Source: Nitrospirae bacterium MYbin3 (GTDB lineage: Bacteria; Nitrospirota; Thermodesulfovibrionia; Thermodesulfovibrionales; Dissulfurispiraceae). From it: a stretch of 64,000 nucleotides of DNA. Where the stretch lies: the NCBI GenBank assembly GCA_002753335.1, contig PEAD01000012.1, forward strand, positions 1 through 64,000, in the 5' to 3' direction. Made by a program: the position numbers and the translations under genes. The notes under the pieces were generated by a model. The model searched no databases. It was not told the origin of the DNA and was given only the letters and a program-made list of their open reading frames with translations. Shown piece after piece: positions 1 through 11,112 of the stretch (its first letter is position 1; each line of letters starts with the position of its first letter).

Positions 1-1624
1 GTTCCGGGGACGATTTTTTTGTGACGGCTTCATCGGCAGCAGCCTCATCCTGCGCAGGAGAAAAAAGCGAACAATGGCCTTCTCCATGAAATTCGATGAT
101 ATCTACTACATCCGGCTTTCCTGTGGTTATTGTGCCGGTCTTATCTATAAGCACTGTTTTTATTCCGTGGCAGAGCTCAAGAGCGGCAGCATCCCTTATT
201 AAAATCCCGTTTTCGGCGCCTTTGCCGGTGCCCACCATTATTGCTGTGGGTGTAGCAAGGCCAAGGGCACATGGACAGGCTATAATCAAGACCGCTATAA
301 AATTCATAAGCGCAAGAGCAAAAGAGGGGCCGGGAACAAGGAAAAACCATAAACAGAAAGTAAGCGCTGCGATGCTGATAACTGTGGGAACGAATATCGA
401 GGCGACCTTATCTGCAAGTCTCTGTATCGGAGCCTTGCTGCCTTGGGCCTGTTCAACAAGCTTTATTATTCTGGCTAAAGCGGTGTCCTTGCCCACCTTC
501 TCGGCCACAAAGATGAAACTGCCCGCGCTGTTGATAGTGCCGCTAAAAACAGTATCACCCTGAGCTTTTTCGACCGGAAGGCTTTCTCCCGTAAGCATCG
601 ATTCATCAAGGCTCGAAAAACCTTCGGTAATTTTTCCGTCAACCGGTATCTTCTCACCCGGTCTGACGATTATTACATCACCTATGGTCACCTCTTCTAT
701 AGGCAGGTTTTTCTCTATGCCGTCACGTAAAACCGCAGCGGTCTTGCTCTGAAATCCCATCAGTTTTCTGATTGCGTCTGATGTCCTGCCTTTTGCTTTT
801 GCCTCAAGCAGTCGTCCGAACAGGATCAAAGTGATTATGGTGGCGGATGTGTCGAAATAAACCTGAGGCGTTACCCCGCTTGCCGAAAAAAGTTCAGGCG
901 CAAAGACCGCAGCCAGACTGTAAAAGTAAGCGGCCATAGTGCCTACGCTGATCAGCGTGTTCATATTTGCAGAACATAGCCGCAGGGCAGCGAAAGCGGC
1001 TTTGTGGAAATTCCATCCGATTAAAAACTGAACCGGAGTTGCAAGCAGGAATAAAATAAAACGGTCCGAAATCAGAGGTATGCTGAACATGCTTCCGATC
1101 ATTATAGGGGCCGAAAGTATCATGCTTGCAGCCAAACGGTTTCTCAGAGTTTTATATTCCTGCTCCCGCCGCTCGCGTTCTCTGTCTATAAACTCTTCTT
1201 CGGTATGTTCTGCACCATAGCCTGCTTCGCGAATGACATCTCTTATTTCGGTTATGCTTATTATCGTCGGGATGTATTCCACCGAGGCTTTCTCGGAAGC
1301 CATATTCACCGATGCTTTCATAACTCCGTTAATCTCCATTAATGCCCGTTCCACTGCTCCAATGCAGGCAGCGCAGGTCATGCCGGTGACCGCAAGGTCT
1401 GTTTTGGCAGTAACAACTCCGTAACCCTCTCCGGCTATGGCATCAATGACAGTTCGTATCACGGCTTGGGACGGCGGTTCGTTGAATTCTATTGAAGCCC
1501 TTTCGGCAGGAAGGTTGACGGATACAGCCTTAACGCCTTCAAGCCTGCCGACTGTTCTTTCTATTGCTGATGAGCAGGCGGCGCAGGTCATTCCTGATAC
1601 GGGGATATCTATCTTGTGGGTCAT
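1..1624 (-). CDS. copA: Copper-translocating P1B-type ATPase, 3' end runs off the window
   Basis: Not in the ORF track. Manual translation from ATG 1624 gives [17 protein letters not shown]; two GMTCAAC HMA motifs, [12 protein letters not shown] and DKTGT are present. Confidence 0.93.
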   Translation of the reverse strand, partial: MTHKIDIPVSGMTCAACSSAIERTVGRLEGVKAVSVNLPAERASIEFNEPPSQAVIRTVIDAIAGEGYGVVTAKTDLAVTGMTCAACIGAVERALMEINGVMKASVNMASEKASVEYIPTIISITEIRDVIREAGYGAEHTEEEFIDRERERREQEYKTLRNRLAASMILSAPIMIGSMFSIPLISDRFILFLLATPVQFLIGWNFHKAAFAALRLCSANMNTLISVGTMAAYFYSLAAVFAPELFSASGVTPQVYFDTSATIITLILFGRLLEAKAKGRTSDAIRKLMGFQSKTAAVLRDGIEKNLPIEEVTIGDVIIVRPGEKIPVDGKITEGFSSLDESMLTGESLPVEKAQGDTVFSGTINSAGSFIFVAEKVGKDTALARIIKLVEQAQGSKAPIQRLADKVASIFVPTVISIAALTFCLWFFLVPGPSFALALMNFIAVLIIACPCALGLATPTAIMVGTGKGAENGILIRDAAALELCHGIKTVLIDKTGTITTGKPDVVDIIEFHGEGHCSLFSPAQDEAAADEAVTKKSSPE

Positions 1625-1702
1625 AAACTGTTTATTTTAGAAAAGGCCATAAATAAAAAGCAAAATATTGCCTTAAATTTCGTTATATTCGATAATAAAC
1701 AG

Positions 1703-4700
1703 ATGACAAGCAAAAGAACTCTGCCGTCTTTTCTAAGGCCATTTGTGGCTTTGATGAACAGTCTGAGATATCCTTACAAAATTCTGCTGGTGGGATCGGT
1801 TTTCACTATGCTGACCATAAGTTTGTTCACCCTGTACCTGAGAAATATTAATGCGCAGATATCTACGGCAGAGAGGGAGATGAAAGGGTTTCAGAATGCC
1901 AAGCATGTGGAGCAGCTTATACGCAATGTGCAGCTGCATAGAGGCATGATGAGCGCTTTTTTGAGCGGGGATTATAAATTCCGTAAGCATATAGGGCCTA
2001 AGCATCTCGAGATAAAGCAGGGGGTTCAGCTTTTTGATGAAAAGCTAAAGCTGGACCCATCGATTCTCGGCTCTGCCGAACCATGGGAGCGCGTAAAAAA
2101 TCATCTTAAGGAGCTGCTGGCCTGCTGTTTCGAGCTGTCTCCGTCCGAAAGCTTCAGTCGGCACACCAAAGTAATAAGGGAGCTTAGCGATGTTCTGACA
2201 AGGGTATCAGAAAATGCGGACCTGTTTCTGGACCAGCATGCGGATACTTACCATCTCATAAGGTTTTCCCTTGAAGATGTTCAGGATGTCATAGAAGGTT
2301 TAGGGCAGGTCAGGGCAGTAGGCACTGCAGCGGTAACGCGCGGTTTTTTGGATAATACGGATTCGGTTATGCTTTTGAATCTGGTCAGCCTTATTAGGCG
2401 GGATATGGATAAGAGTATTCATAATATGCAAGAGGCATATTCTTTTAACCCTCAGATAAGAGAAGCACTGCAGGCAAGGCAACAGGCTTTTTATAAGGAA
2501 ATAGATGAACTGCTGACTCTTGTGGAGAATGATATCATCAAAAAAAGTTCTAAAAAGATTTCGACCGACTTTTTTTTCGAGCGGACAACAGAGGTTATAG
2601 AGGATGGCTACATTCTGTTGTCGGATGCGATTTCTGTTACAGATAAGCTGCTTAAAGAGCGTGTAAGACAGGCTAATCTGCGAAAAATATTGCTTATCGT
2701 GTTTGCCTGCATCTCTGTTATTGTGCTGACTGTTTTAGGGACCGCCTCCTATCTTTCTATGACCAATATGCTTGATGAGTTTTCGAGCGTATCAAAGGAT
2801 ATTGCTGACGGGAATTTTTCATCGCGGGTCAGCATCCATACTCATGATGAACTCGGCAGGGTGGGTGAAAATTTCAACGCAATGGCGCTGAAGCTCGAAA
2901 GCTATGTAAGTGCGTTGAGAGAAAGCGAGGCCGAATACCGCACTATTCTGCGCACTACAGGGGACGGGTTCTGGATAGTGGATATGCAGGGCCGGTTTAT
3001 CGATGTTAATGATTCTTACTGCGACCGCATAGGATATACAAGGGAAGAGCTGCTTGGAATGCGCATAGGCGATGTCGAGATTGTTGAGAATTCTGAACAG
3101 ACGCGGGCTCATATAGAAAAGATACATATATCGGGATCTGACCGTTTTGATACAAGACATCGCTGCAAAGACGGGTCGGTAGTTGATTTTGAGATCAGCG
3201 TTAATTATCTGGACCTGTCCGGGGGGCGGCTTATAGTATTTCTTCGTGATATCACAGAGAGAAAGCTGCTTGATGAGCAGATAAAAGCGGCCAAGGAAGC
3301 GGCAGAAGCGGCCAATCGCGCCAAAAGTGAGTTTCTGGCAAACATGAGCCATGAGATACGCACGCCTATGAATGCGGTCATAGGGCTGAGCCACCTTGCA
3401 TTGATGACCGACCTGAGCCTCAAGCAGCGCGATTATCTGACTAAAATCGAAATATCGGCACAAGCGCTTCTGGGCATAATAAACGATATACTCGACTTCT
3501 CGAAGATTGAGGCTGGCAAGCTTGTGATCGAGTCGGTGTTGTTTGACCTTACGGACAGCATGCACCAGATTATGGGGCTTATATCTGTGGGCGCAAGGGA
3601 AAAGGGGTTGAAGATAGAGCTCTCGATATCTACTGATGTGCCTCATTTTTTGATTGGAGACCCGATGCGCTTGCGTCAGGTTCTAATAAACCTCGTGAAC
3701 AATGCTGTAAAGTTTACCGAACGGGGTTTGGTGATGATCAGTGTGGAGGCTGAAGATGGCGGTGATTCTAAAGAGGAGATAATCCTCAGGTTCGGCATAC
3801 GCGACACCGGTATCGGGTTGACCGAAAAACAGCGGCAGTCACTCTTTAATGTTTTCACTCAGGCAGATTCTTCAACTACAAGGAGATATGGAGGTACAGG
3901 GTTGGGCCTGAGTATCTCTAAAAAGCTTGTTGGAATGATGGGCGGCTCGATCTCTGTGGAGAGTGAATACGGTAAAGGAAGCCTGTTCACATTCACAGCG
4001 CGCTTTGGCAGGGCCCGGGATGAAGATATACGGACAGCCGCAGGGGGCGGAGTTTTAGATATTGCTGCCAAGCAGTTGTCAAGACTTCAGGGCAGCCGGA
4101 TATTGCTGGTTGAGGACCATCTAATCAACAGGCAGGTTGCGATAGAAATTCTCAAAAATGCCGGGGCAACGGTGGATGTGGCTTCAAACGGCCGTGATGC
4201 GGTCGATATTGTTCTTTCAGGAGAGGCGTATGACCTCGTGCTTATGGATATCCAGATGCCCGAAATGGATGGGTACGAGGCCACCCGCCGCATTCGTGAA
4301 AAAAAGGGATTCGAAGAACTGCCTATCATCGCAATGACCGCACATGCCTTGGATGAAAAGCGTGAGAGATGTCTTGTCGCAGGCATGAACGACCATATAG
4401 CCAAACCTTTCTTTCCGGAGGTGCTTTATAAAACCCTCAGCCGCTGGCTTTCTAAAAAAGAGCGGGCTGGCAAACCGGTTCATCCTACGTTCAAGGATGA
4501 GGCAGAGATTCATCTTCCTGAAGTGCTGCAGGGAATTGATCTGACCGAAGCTTTGAACCGCATATCCGGAAACCGGCAGCTTTTTATGAATATTTTAAAA
4601 GGCTTTGCTCAAGACAATAAGGGCAAAATCGCTGAGATACGCAGCCTTGTGGAAGCGGGTGAAGAGGACAGGGCAAGGAAGATGCTGCACGGCTTAAAGG

Positions 4701-5143
4701 GCATATCCGGGAATATTTCGGCAACCGGATTGTATGCAGCAGCCGGGGCTCTGGAATCTGCGCTCAGAGAGGGTGATTTTGACAGGCTGCCGGCTTTGCT
4801 GAATGAAGCTGAACAGAGGCTTGACGAGGTTATTGCTGCTGCCGGCAAGGCGGAGGAATTCAGCAGGGGCAAGGGCGATCAGCTTTCATCCGCAGCTTCC
4901 GGCTATCTGCCAAACACAGATGCTGTGAAGGTCATTTTGGAGAATTTATCCAAAGAGCTTCTGACCCATAATCTCAGTGCGTTGAATACTGCAGGACAGC
5001 TTAGGTCTGTTCTGCTCAAAACTTCGGTAGCAGAAGATTGTGTCATGTTGGAGAAACTTATAGACAGGCTTGATTATAATGGAGCGATACAAATGACGAA
5101 AAACATATCACAAAAACTTAGTATTCGGATGTCGTCTATATGA
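1703..5143 (+). CDS. Hybrid sensor histidine kinase (NIT-like periplasmic domain, HAMP, PAS, HisKA, HATPase, REC, Hpt)
   Basis: Two TM segments flank [11 protein letters not shown]...[12 protein letters not shown]...[10 protein letters not shown] (NIT-like); [10 protein letters not shown]-box, GGTGLGL, LMDIQMP receiver, LHGLKG Hpt. Start moved to ATG 1703 because the track start overlaps copA. Confidence 0.9.
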   Translation: MTSKRTLPSFLRPFVALMNSLRYPYKILLVGSVFTMLTISLFTLYLRNINAQISTAEREMKGFQNAKHVEQLIRNVQLHRGMMSAFLSGDYKFRKHIGPKHLEIKQGVQLFDEKLKLDPSILGSAEPWERVKNHLKELLACCFELSPSESFSRHTKVIRELSDVLTRVSENADLFLDQHADTYHLIRFSLEDVQDVIEGLGQVRAVGTAAVTRGFLDNTDSVMLLNLVSLIRRDMDKSIHNMQEAYSFNPQIREALQARQQAFYKEIDELLTLVENDIIKKSSKKISTDFFFERTTEVIEDGYILLSDAISVTDKLLKERVRQANLRKILLIVFACISVIVLTVLGTASYLSMTNMLDEFSSVSKDIADGNFSSRVSIHTHDELGRVGENFNAMALKLESYVSALRESEAEYRTILRTTGDGFWIVDMQGRFIDVNDSYCDRIGYTREELLGMRIGDVEIVENSEQTRAHIEKIHISGSDRFDTRHRCKDGSVVDFEISVNYLDLSGGRLIVFLRDITERKLLDEQIKAAKEAAEAANRAKSEFLANMSHEIRTPMNAVIGLSHLALMTDLSLKQRDYLTKIEISAQALLGIINDILDFSKIEAGKLVIESVLFDLTDSMHQIMGLISVGAREKGLKIELSISTDVPHFLIGDPMRLRQVLINLVNNAVKFTERGLVMISVEAEDGGDSKEEIILRFGIRDTGIGLTEKQRQSLFNVFTQADSSTTRRYGGTGLGLSISKKLVGMMGGSISVESEYGKGSLFTFTARFGRARDEDIRTAAGGGVLDIAAKQLSRLQGSRILLVEDHLINRQVAIEILKNAGATVDVASNGRDAVDIVLSGEAYDLVLMDIQMPEMDGYEATRRIREKKGFEELPIIAMTAHALDEKRERCLVAGMNDHIAKPFFPEVLYKTLSRWLSKKERAGKPVHPTFKDEAEIHLPEVLQGIDLTEALNRISGNRQLFMNILKGFAQDNKGKIAEIRSLVEAGEEDRARKMLHGLKGISGNISATGLYAAAGALESALREGDFDRLPALLNEAEQRLDEVIAAAGKAEEFSRGKGDQLSSAASGYLPNTDAVKVILENLSKELLTHNLSALNTAGQLRSVLLKTSVAEDCVMLEKLIDRLDYNGAIQMTKNISQKLSIRMSSI

Positions 5144-6048
5144 GCGGTACAGCGCAGCAAGAACAGCGCATTCTTATCGTGGACGACAAGTCTCTGAATA
5201 TTCAGGTGCTGAACGAGCTGCTTAATAACGATTACCATGTCTTTTTCTCGACCAGCGGAGTTGATGCATTGGAGCGTATTCCCGGCCTCAAGCCTGATTT
5301 GATCCTGCTGGACATTATGATGCCTGACATGGACGGCTATGAGGTTTGCCGCAGGCTGAAGGCCGATCCTGAATCGGCGGATATTCCTGTGATCTTTATA
5401 ACCGCAATGACAGAGGAGGATAATGAAGCCGAAGGCCTGAATCTGGGCGCTGTGGATTATATTACCAAGCCCTTTAATCCGGCTATCGTGCGCTTGAGGG
5501 TTAAAAATCAGCTTGAGCTAAAGCGGCAGCGCGATCTTCTATCACAGCTCTCTTTGCTGGACAGTCTGACCGGCATAGCCAACCGCAGGTCTTTTGACGA
5601 ATATCTTGAACGCGAGTGGCGCAGGGCAACGCGCACCGGAAGCCTGGTTGGCCTCATAATGCTGGACATAGATTACTTTAAGAACTACAACGATACCTAC
5701 GGCCATGCTATTGGTGACGAATGCCTTAAGGCTGTTGCAAAGTCGGTGGAAACGGCGCTTGAACGCCCGGCTGATTTTGCGGCCCGCTACGGCGGCGAAG
5801 AATTTGCGTGTGTGCTGCCCGAAACAGATCTGCAGGGGGCGGTAGTTATTGCCGAACACATTAAAGCTGCGGTGCGGAGGCTTGATATACCACATTCCTC
5901 TTCGCAGATTGCGCCATATGTTACGGTCAGCATCGGGGTATCTGTAATGCTTCCGTCTTCAGGGTTGCAGCCCAAGGCTCTTATAGAAGCCGCAGACCTT
6001 ATGCTTTATGATGCAAAACATAAAGGCAGAAACCGCATTTCGGCCTGA
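5140..6048 (+). CDS. REC-GGDEF diguanylate cyclase (PleD/WspR-like)
   Basis: LLDIMMP receiver; RPAD I-site and GGEEF; ATGA overlap with the kinase. Confidence 0.92.
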   Translation: MSGTAQQEQRILIVDDKSLNIQVLNELLNNDYHVFFSTSGVDALERIPGLKPDLILLDIMMPDMDGYEVCRRLKADPESADIPVIFITAMTEEDNEAEGLNLGAVDYITKPFNPAIVRLRVKNQLELKRQRDLLSQLSLLDSLTGIANRRSFDEYLEREWRRATRTGSLVGLIMLDIDYFKNYNDTYGHAIGDECLKAVAKSVETALERPADFAARYGGEEFACVLPETDLQGAVVIAEHIKAAVRRLDIPHSSSQIAPYVTVSIGVSVMLPSSGLQPKALIEAADLMLYDAKHKGRNRISA

Positions 6049-6065
6049 TTTAACAGAGAGCTTTC

Positions 6066-6293
6066 TTAAACCGATTCTACCGATTTTACTTCAGGTATGA
6101 CCCTTTTCATCTCGGCTTCGATGCCGCCTTTAAGCGTCATAAGAGACATGGGGCAGGAGCCGCATGCGCCTTTAAGGCGAACTTTTACAATATTGTCATC
6201 TGTTATTTCTACAAGCTCAACATCTCCTCTATCACGCTGAAGCGCCGGCCGTATTCTGCTTATAACCTCTTCAACCTTAGTTCTGTCAATCAT
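6066..6293 (-). CDS. NifU-C/Nfu-type Fe-S carrier protein
   Basis: IRPALQRDRGDVELV and GACGSCP motif. Confidence 0.9.
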   Translation of the reverse strand: MIDRTKVEEVISRIRPALQRDRGDVELVEITDDNIVKVRLKGACGSCPMSLMTLKGGIEAEMKRVIPEVKSVESV

Positions 6294-6430
6294 TTTATCC
6301 TCCGGAGAATTTTTTATTGTGGCTTAAAAATAACATATATGATTTAACTCATACAAACAATTCGGCCATCTGTGCAAAAATAAAACATAAGCTTCGGAGA
6401 GCAAATCCGGCAGCATACAGGAGGCATCAA

Positions 6431-6748
6431 ATGGCAACTGTTTTAGATTTAAAGAAACTGATCAAATTTAATCCGGACAAAATTTCTAGGGAGATGCTGG
6501 CAGAGACGGCAGAAATGCGTGTGGCCCTGATGTGCCTTGAAGCAGGGCAGGAACTGGCGCCTCACAAGGCTCCGCTCAGGCTGATGATGTATTGCGTGCA
6601 GGGCAAGGGCGAATTCATCGTAGGCGAAGAGGTGATCGAGGCTGATGAAAGGACAGCGATTATCTGCGACCCTATGGTGTCTCACGGCTTTAAGGCCAAC
6701 AAAGGAGATAAACTTGTGGTCATGGCGGTTGTTACGCCTGTTGATTAA
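6431..6748 (+). CDS. Cupin-domain protein
   Basis: GQELAPHKAP and PMVSHGF cupin motifs; GGAGG SD before ATG 6431. Confidence 0.8.
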   Translation: MATVLDLKKLIKFNPDKISREMLAETAEMRVALMCLEAGQELAPHKAPLRLMMYCVQGKGEFIVGEEVIEADERTAIICDPMVSHGFKANKGDKLVVMAVVTPVD

Positions 6749-6754
6749 TCACCG

Positions 6755-6784
6755 AAGGGAAAGGGCAATGCCCTTTCCCTTTTC
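6755..6784 (+). terminator. Intrinsic terminator after the cupin gene
   Basis: AAGGGAAAGGGC-aat-GCCCTTTCCCTT followed by T residues. Confidence 0.75.
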
Positions 6785-6857
6785 AAGCAATCCCGATTGT
6801 TGACGATAATATAAAAAGTTTGTTATTTTAAAAATTATCATCAAACCGGGGAGAATA

Positions 6858-7130
6858 ATGGAAAACAACATCAGAAGAGAAACGAGATACCCACTTGTAA
6901 AAACTATCTATTACACCGCCGAATCCGAACAAAAGAAGAACACATACAAAGGCGTAGTTAAGAATGTCAGCAATTCAGGACTCTGTATTTATCTTTCTGG
7001 ATTGGTGGATGAGGGCAAAAGCATAAGCATCAACAGCGTATTGCCTATCTCTTGCGGTAAGGCTGTTGTACGCTGGGTCAAGCAGATCGAGACCGGTTTT
7101 TATATGGCAGGGCTTGGTTGTGTAAATTAG
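6858..7130 (+). CDS. Stand-alone PilZ-domain protein
   Basis: RRETRYP (RxxxR) and NVSNSG (D/NxSxxG), ending VVRWVK...AGL. Confidence 0.8.
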   Translation: MENNIRRETRYPLVKTIYYTAESEQKKNTYKGVVKNVSNSGLCIYLSGLVDEGKSISINSVLPISCGKAVVRWVKQIETGFYMAGLGCVN

Positions 7131-7154
7131 GAAAAATTTATTTCAAAGGCGCTG

Positions 7155-8231
7155 CTAACCATGCAGCGCCTTTTTTATTGAGTCTCCGCTTATGTCTTTT
7201 ACGATCTTCACGCTGCCTATTTTTTCGGGCAGAACAAACTTTATATTTCCGGACACAGCTTTTTTGTCGAGCTTCATATGGTAATTGAGTGCATCAATAT
7301 TCATCTCTGACGGAATTTCGGAAGGCAGTCCGTAGGCTTCTACAACCTTTTTAATTCTGACCGCATCCTCAGTTTTCAGCAGCCCAAGTTCAGCCGCCAG
7401 CTTTGCCGCAGCGCACATGCCTATGGCAACAGCTTCGCCATGCAGATATTTTGAGTAGGCGGTTTCTGTCTCGACAGCATGTCCGACAGTATGGCCATAG
7501 TTTAATATGGCGCGCAGCCCGGATTCCCTTTCATCCCCGGATACGACTTCAGCTTTTATTTCACACGAGCGTTTTACGATGTGAGTAATAGCATCTTTTT
7601 TAAGCGACAGCAGGTCTGTACAGCGCTCCTCCATAAACTCAAAAAGATTAGCGTCTTTAATGACTCCATACTTGATAACCTCGGCTATGCCGCATAGAAC
7701 CTCTCTTTGCGGAACTGTTTTCAGTGTTGCTGTGTCTATAAGGACTAGCTTGGGCTGATAAAAAGAGCCGATCATATTTTTGCCAAGCGGGTGGTTGACA
7801 CCTGTTTTGCCTCCGACAGAGCTGTCAACCTGCGCCAAAAGTGTTGTTGGTATCTGCACAAAATCTATTCCACGCATGTATAAAGAGGCTGCAAAGCCTG
7901 TGATGTCGCCTATGACGCCGCCGCCAAGTGCGATTAGGCAGGACTTTCTGTCATGCCTGTTTTTGAGCAGTTCGCCCAGTATGTTGTAACATTGAGAAAA
8001 ATCTTTATACGTTTCTCCGTCAGGTATCAGGATCGTTTCACAGTTTATCCCTGATTTTTTCATCGAGAGCAGTGCGCGTTCGCCGTAAATATCAAAAACC
8101 GTAGGATTGCTTACAATTGCAGCCCTGCTGAATACGAAAGGCGTCAGTTTGTCGCCTAGGGAATCTAAAATGCCTTCACCGATAATTATTTCATAGCTTC
8201 TTTCGCCGAGTTCCAGCCTAACACTTTCCAT
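7155..8231 (-). CDS. aroB: 3-dehydroquinate synthase
   Basis: GGGVIGD, PTTLLAQVDSSVGGKTG, LNYGHT; AGGAG SD before ATG 8231. Confidence 0.96.
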   Translation of the reverse strand: MESVRLELGERSYEIIIGEGILDSLGDKLTPFVFSRAAIVSNPTVFDIYGERALLSMKKSGINCETILIPDGETYKDFSQCYNILGELLKNRHDRKSCLIALGGGVIGDITGFAASLYMRGIDFVQIPTTLLAQVDSSVGGKTGVNHPLGKNMIGSFYQPKLVLIDTATLKTVPQREVLCGIAEVIKYGVIKDANLFEFMEERCTDLLSLKKDAITHIVKRSCEIKAEVVSGDERESGLRAILNYGHTVGHAVETETAYSKYLHGEAVAIGMCAAAKLAAELGLLKTEDAVRIKKVVEAYGLPSEIPSEMNIDALNYHMKLDKKAVSGNIKFVLPEKIGSVKIVKDISGDSIKKALHG

Positions 8232-8760
8232 TTTTTTCTCCTGCTTTGGCGTCATTAAGATGAGGCAGTACGCTGATTACCTCATCAGCCACTAAAAGCG
8301 GGGTCATGCCATCCGTTTCTATGATGATATCAGATTTTTCATAGTAAGGCCTTCTTAGCTCCATCAATTCCTTTATCTTCTGAAAAGGGGCGGGCACCTG
8401 CAGGAGCGGCCTGTTCTTGTTAGATCCGATGCGCCTGAATACAACCTCTGGCGAGGCCGAAAGGCATATCAGTATTCCGCTGCTTTTAAGGTTTATGATA
8501 TTTTCTTCCCTCAGCACAGCACCGCCGCCGGTGGATATAACGAGGTTTTTCATGCCCGAGACTTTGCGGACAGCCTCAGTCTCAATCTCGCGGAAAGCCT
8601 TTTCTCCTCGCTCCTCGAATATCCGGGTTACGGGCATTCCCTGCTCTTTTTCTATAAGCTGATCAATATCCATAAATATTAATCCGAGTTTTTTTGCCAA
8701 CACCTTTCCAACTTCGGTCTTGCCGGTACCCATAAATCCTGTAAGTACGATATTTTTCAA
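8218..8760 (-). CDS. aroK: Shikimate kinase
   Basis: GFMGTGKT P-loop, GEKAFR, STGGG, RPLL. Confidence 0.95.
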   Translation of the reverse strand: MKNIVLTGFMGTGKTEVGKVLAKKLGLIFMDIDQLIEKEQGMPVTRIFEERGEKAFREIETEAVRKVSGMKNLVISTGGGAVLREENIINLKSSGILICLSASPEVVFRRIGSNKNRPLLQVPAPFQKIKELMELRRPYYEKSDIIIETDGMTPLLVADEVISVLPHLNDAKAGEKNGKC

Positions 8761-8825
8761 TGTTGAGCAGTCCTCTTTTTCTAACGGGGTTGACCCCTTT
8801 TGTTTGTCCCACTTATTATATATTC

Positions 8826-9362
8826 ATGAAAAGATTTTTTTGTACACGTTTTTTTCTTCTCCTGCTTTATGTTCTTTGCTTTATTTCTATATCCGAGGCT
8901 GTGCAGCCCGGCTCATACCGAGTAACAGAGGTTAACGACGGAGATACCGTCACCATAAGGACGAGCAGTTTCATAGGCATACCCTTTAAAACCGAGCGCG
9001 TGAGGCTGATAGGCATAGATGCGCCTGAACTCAAGCAGGAAAACTGGGGAAGAAAATCCAAGAGGTATCTGAAGAAGCTTATCAGTGATAACGACTGGGT
9101 TGTTCGTTTAGAGCTGGATGTAGATCAAAGGGATAAATACGGCAGGCTGCTGGGTTACCTCTGGGACAACAGGGGAAGAATGATAAACGAGCTTATGGTG
9201 GAACACGGCCATGCCCTGCTTTACACTATCCCGCCGAACGTCAAGTATGATGAACGCTTTATTACTGCACAGAAGCGCGCCCAGTCCAAGAAGGTCGGGG
9301 TGTGGCATAAAGGCGGTCTTCAGAAAAGTCCCCACCAATGGAGAGAAGAACATCCGCGATAG
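8826..9362 (+). CDS. Secreted thermonuclease (SNase family)
   Basis: Signal peptide; DGDT, VRLIGIDAPE, DKYGRLLGY. Confidence 0.9.
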   Translation: MKRFFCTRFFLLLLYVLCFISISEAVQPGSYRVTEVNDGDTVTIRTSSFIGIPFKTERVRLIGIDAPELKQENWGRKSKRYLKKLISDNDWVVRLELDVDQRDKYGRLLGYLWDNRGRMINELMVEHGHALLYTIPPNVKYDERFITAQKRAQSKKVGVWHKGGLQKSPHQWREEHPR

Positions 9363-9368
9363 TCGTTC

Positions 9369-10121
9369 TTATTTTCTTCGCTGTCTGAGCGCCTCGTAAG
9401 CAATAATTCCTGCGGCTACGGACACATTAAGCGAATTTACCTTTCCGAGCATAGGCAGGCTTACTATATTGTCGCACATGTCCTTTACGGTGCGCCTGAG
9501 TCCATGACCTTCAGAGCCTACAACAATAGCCAGCGGTTCTTTCATGTCTATATCCCACATCGACAGGTTTGAGCCTGCTTCGGCGCCTATTATTGTTATA
9601 TCTTTTTTCTTCATCTTTTCTATGGCATGTTTGATGTTTACGATTTCTACTATGTTGGCATGTTCCATAGCTCCTGCAGATGCTTTAGAAGCGGTTTCGG
9701 TTATGCCCGCAGACCTGTGCGACTGGAAAACTACTCCGTGCATTCCTGCCGCATCAGACACTCTTAGCAGCGCTCCGAAGTTTCTCGGGTCCTCGATGCA
9801 GTCGAGAATCATAAAGAAAGCTGCTTCCCTTTTCTGTTCCGGAAGGGCAAGCAGTTCTTCGATAGTCATTCTTTTTTTTGATTTAACCGATGCTGCTACG
9901 CCCTGATGGCCTTTCGAAAAACGGGCATCGAAAAAGTTCTTTTCTTCAAACTTTATCTGCACCCCGCTTTCACGTGCAAGCTGCAAAATCTCATCGGTGA
10001 TCGATTGCCGTTGCTTTGAAATATGCACAGAAACGACCTTGTCTCTGGTTTTGAGAGCTTCGATTACCGGATTAATGCCGTAAATCAAATGCGTAGCCCC
10101 GTGTTTGTTGTTCATTATCAC
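9369..10121 (-). CDS. rlmB: 23S rRNA Gm2251 2'-O-methyltransferase (SPOUT)
   Basis: HQGV, DPRNFGA, GSEGHG, SLNVSVA. Confidence 0.93.
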   Translation of the reverse strand: MIMNNKHGATHLIYGINPVIEALKTRDKVVSVHISKQRQSITDEILQLARESGVQIKFEEKNFFDARFSKGHQGVAASVKSKKRMTIEELLALPEQKREAAFFMILDCIEDPRNFGALLRVSDAAGMHGVVFQSHRSAGITETASKASAGAMEHANIVEIVNIKHAIEKMKKKDITIIGAEAGSNLSMWDIDMKEPLAIVVGSEGHGLRRTVKDMCDNIVSLPMLGKVNSLNVSVAAGIIAYEALRQRRK

Positions 10122-10146
10122 CGCCGCCTCTATTTTGTTTTCTGCG

Positions 10147-10176
10147 TTGACGCTTCAACGCTTTTCCTGATACTAT
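10147..10176 (+). promoter_or_regulatory. Sigma70-type promoter for tRNA-Arg
   Basis: TTGACG-N18-TACTAT with extended -10 TG, 11 nt upstream of the tRNA. Confidence 0.6.
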
Positions 10177-10187
10177 TAATATTCCGT

Positions 10188-10261
10188 GCGCCCTTAGCTC
10201 AGCTGGATAGAGCGCCAGACTACGAATCTGTAGGCCGGGGGTTCGAATCCCTCAGGGCGCG
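10188..10261 (+). tRNA. tRNA-Arg(ACG), CCA not encoded
   Basis: GCGCCCT/AGGGCGC acceptor stem, TAGCTCAGCTGGATAGAGC D-arm, CTACGAA anticodon loop, GGTTCGAATCC T-arm. Confidence 0.96.
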
Positions 10262-10316
10262 CTTTCTTTTTCAAAGCTTCACCCATTTTCAGCCTTTCGC
10301 TAAAGTCTTTTGAGTG

Positions 10317-10706
10317 CTATTCACTTCTTTTTATCAATCCGGCTATTTCTATAAGCACATCTTCAAGAGAGGGGCGCAGGGCGGGCAGCAGTCCTTCGTT
10401 GATGTGTTTGTGGTCAGGATAGGTTGGAAATTTCTTGGCTTGAGGATCAACCGCATTGTCAAAGCGAAAAATCAAGGCTCCGTCCTGTGTTAGATAATTA
10501 TAGCCGTACTTAACGATATTTATGTCTTCATACTTAAAGACCACAAATTCCTTAAAATAGAGCTTTGACGCGTTTGTGAAGGTAATCGTTCCATAAATGA
10601 ATGCCGCATTGGTCGGCCGCTCTTCAAAGGAAATGTTTTGGGATTCGACAAAAGGGCATGCGGAAATTACATCAAGGATTTCGGCGACATAATCCTTTAT
10701 CTGCAT
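10317..10706 (-). CDS. DUF6516 (TumE-like) putative toxin
   Basis: KYGYNY...LIFRFDNA...FPTYPDHKH signature; overlaps the upstream small gene by 10 nt. Confidence 0.72.
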   Translation of the reverse strand: MQIKDYVAEILDVISACPFVESQNISFEERPTNAAFIYGTITFTNASKLYFKEFVVFKYEDINIVKYGYNYLTQDGALIFRFDNAVDPQAKKFPTYPDHKHINEGLLPALRPSLEDVLIEIAGLIKRSE

Positions 10707-10987
10707 ATCTCTACGGCTTCAAGTTCCCTGAGTTCAGCTTCAATATGTTTTGAGATTTCGAGTTCGCCTTCAAGTTCGATAAGCTGCATGTCATTTGCAT
10801 CCGTATGCTCAACCTCGCCCTTCATCAGCTTATCAATATCAACGCCAAGGGTTCCTGCCAACCGGCTGATTTTTTCTTTAGTTATCCCAAGCGTTCCCGT
10901 AAGAATACGCTTTTCCCTGCTTATGGCGTTAAGCAACAGGGGGATAACCATATCTGGCGAATTGCTTTTTAAGGATATGGTCTGCAT
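10697..10987 (-). CDS. Putative antitoxin partner of the DUF6516 gene
   Basis: Small acidic helical protein (GEVEH...IELEGE) directly upstream of DUF6516; GGAGG SD before ATG 10987. Confidence 0.6.
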   Translation of the reverse strand: MQTISLKSNSPDMVIPLLLNAISREKRILTGTLGITKEKISRLAGTLGVDIDKLMKGEVEHTDANDMQLIELEGELEISKHIEAELRELEAVEICR

Positions 10988-11112
10988 AGCTGACACCTCC
11001 TTTTTCTAATAGTTTAGCATACAAAGATTTGGTAAAAGTCAGTAACAGTATTACAGGCATAGAAATTTTTACTGATACCCCTCTCACAAGGGTATAGACC
11101 AGATTAGATCGA

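Noticed and set aside
96..1640. Plus-strand ORFs 96..563, 1233..1424 and 1437..1640
   Set aside because: Antisense shadows of copA, which the track missed because it runs off the window
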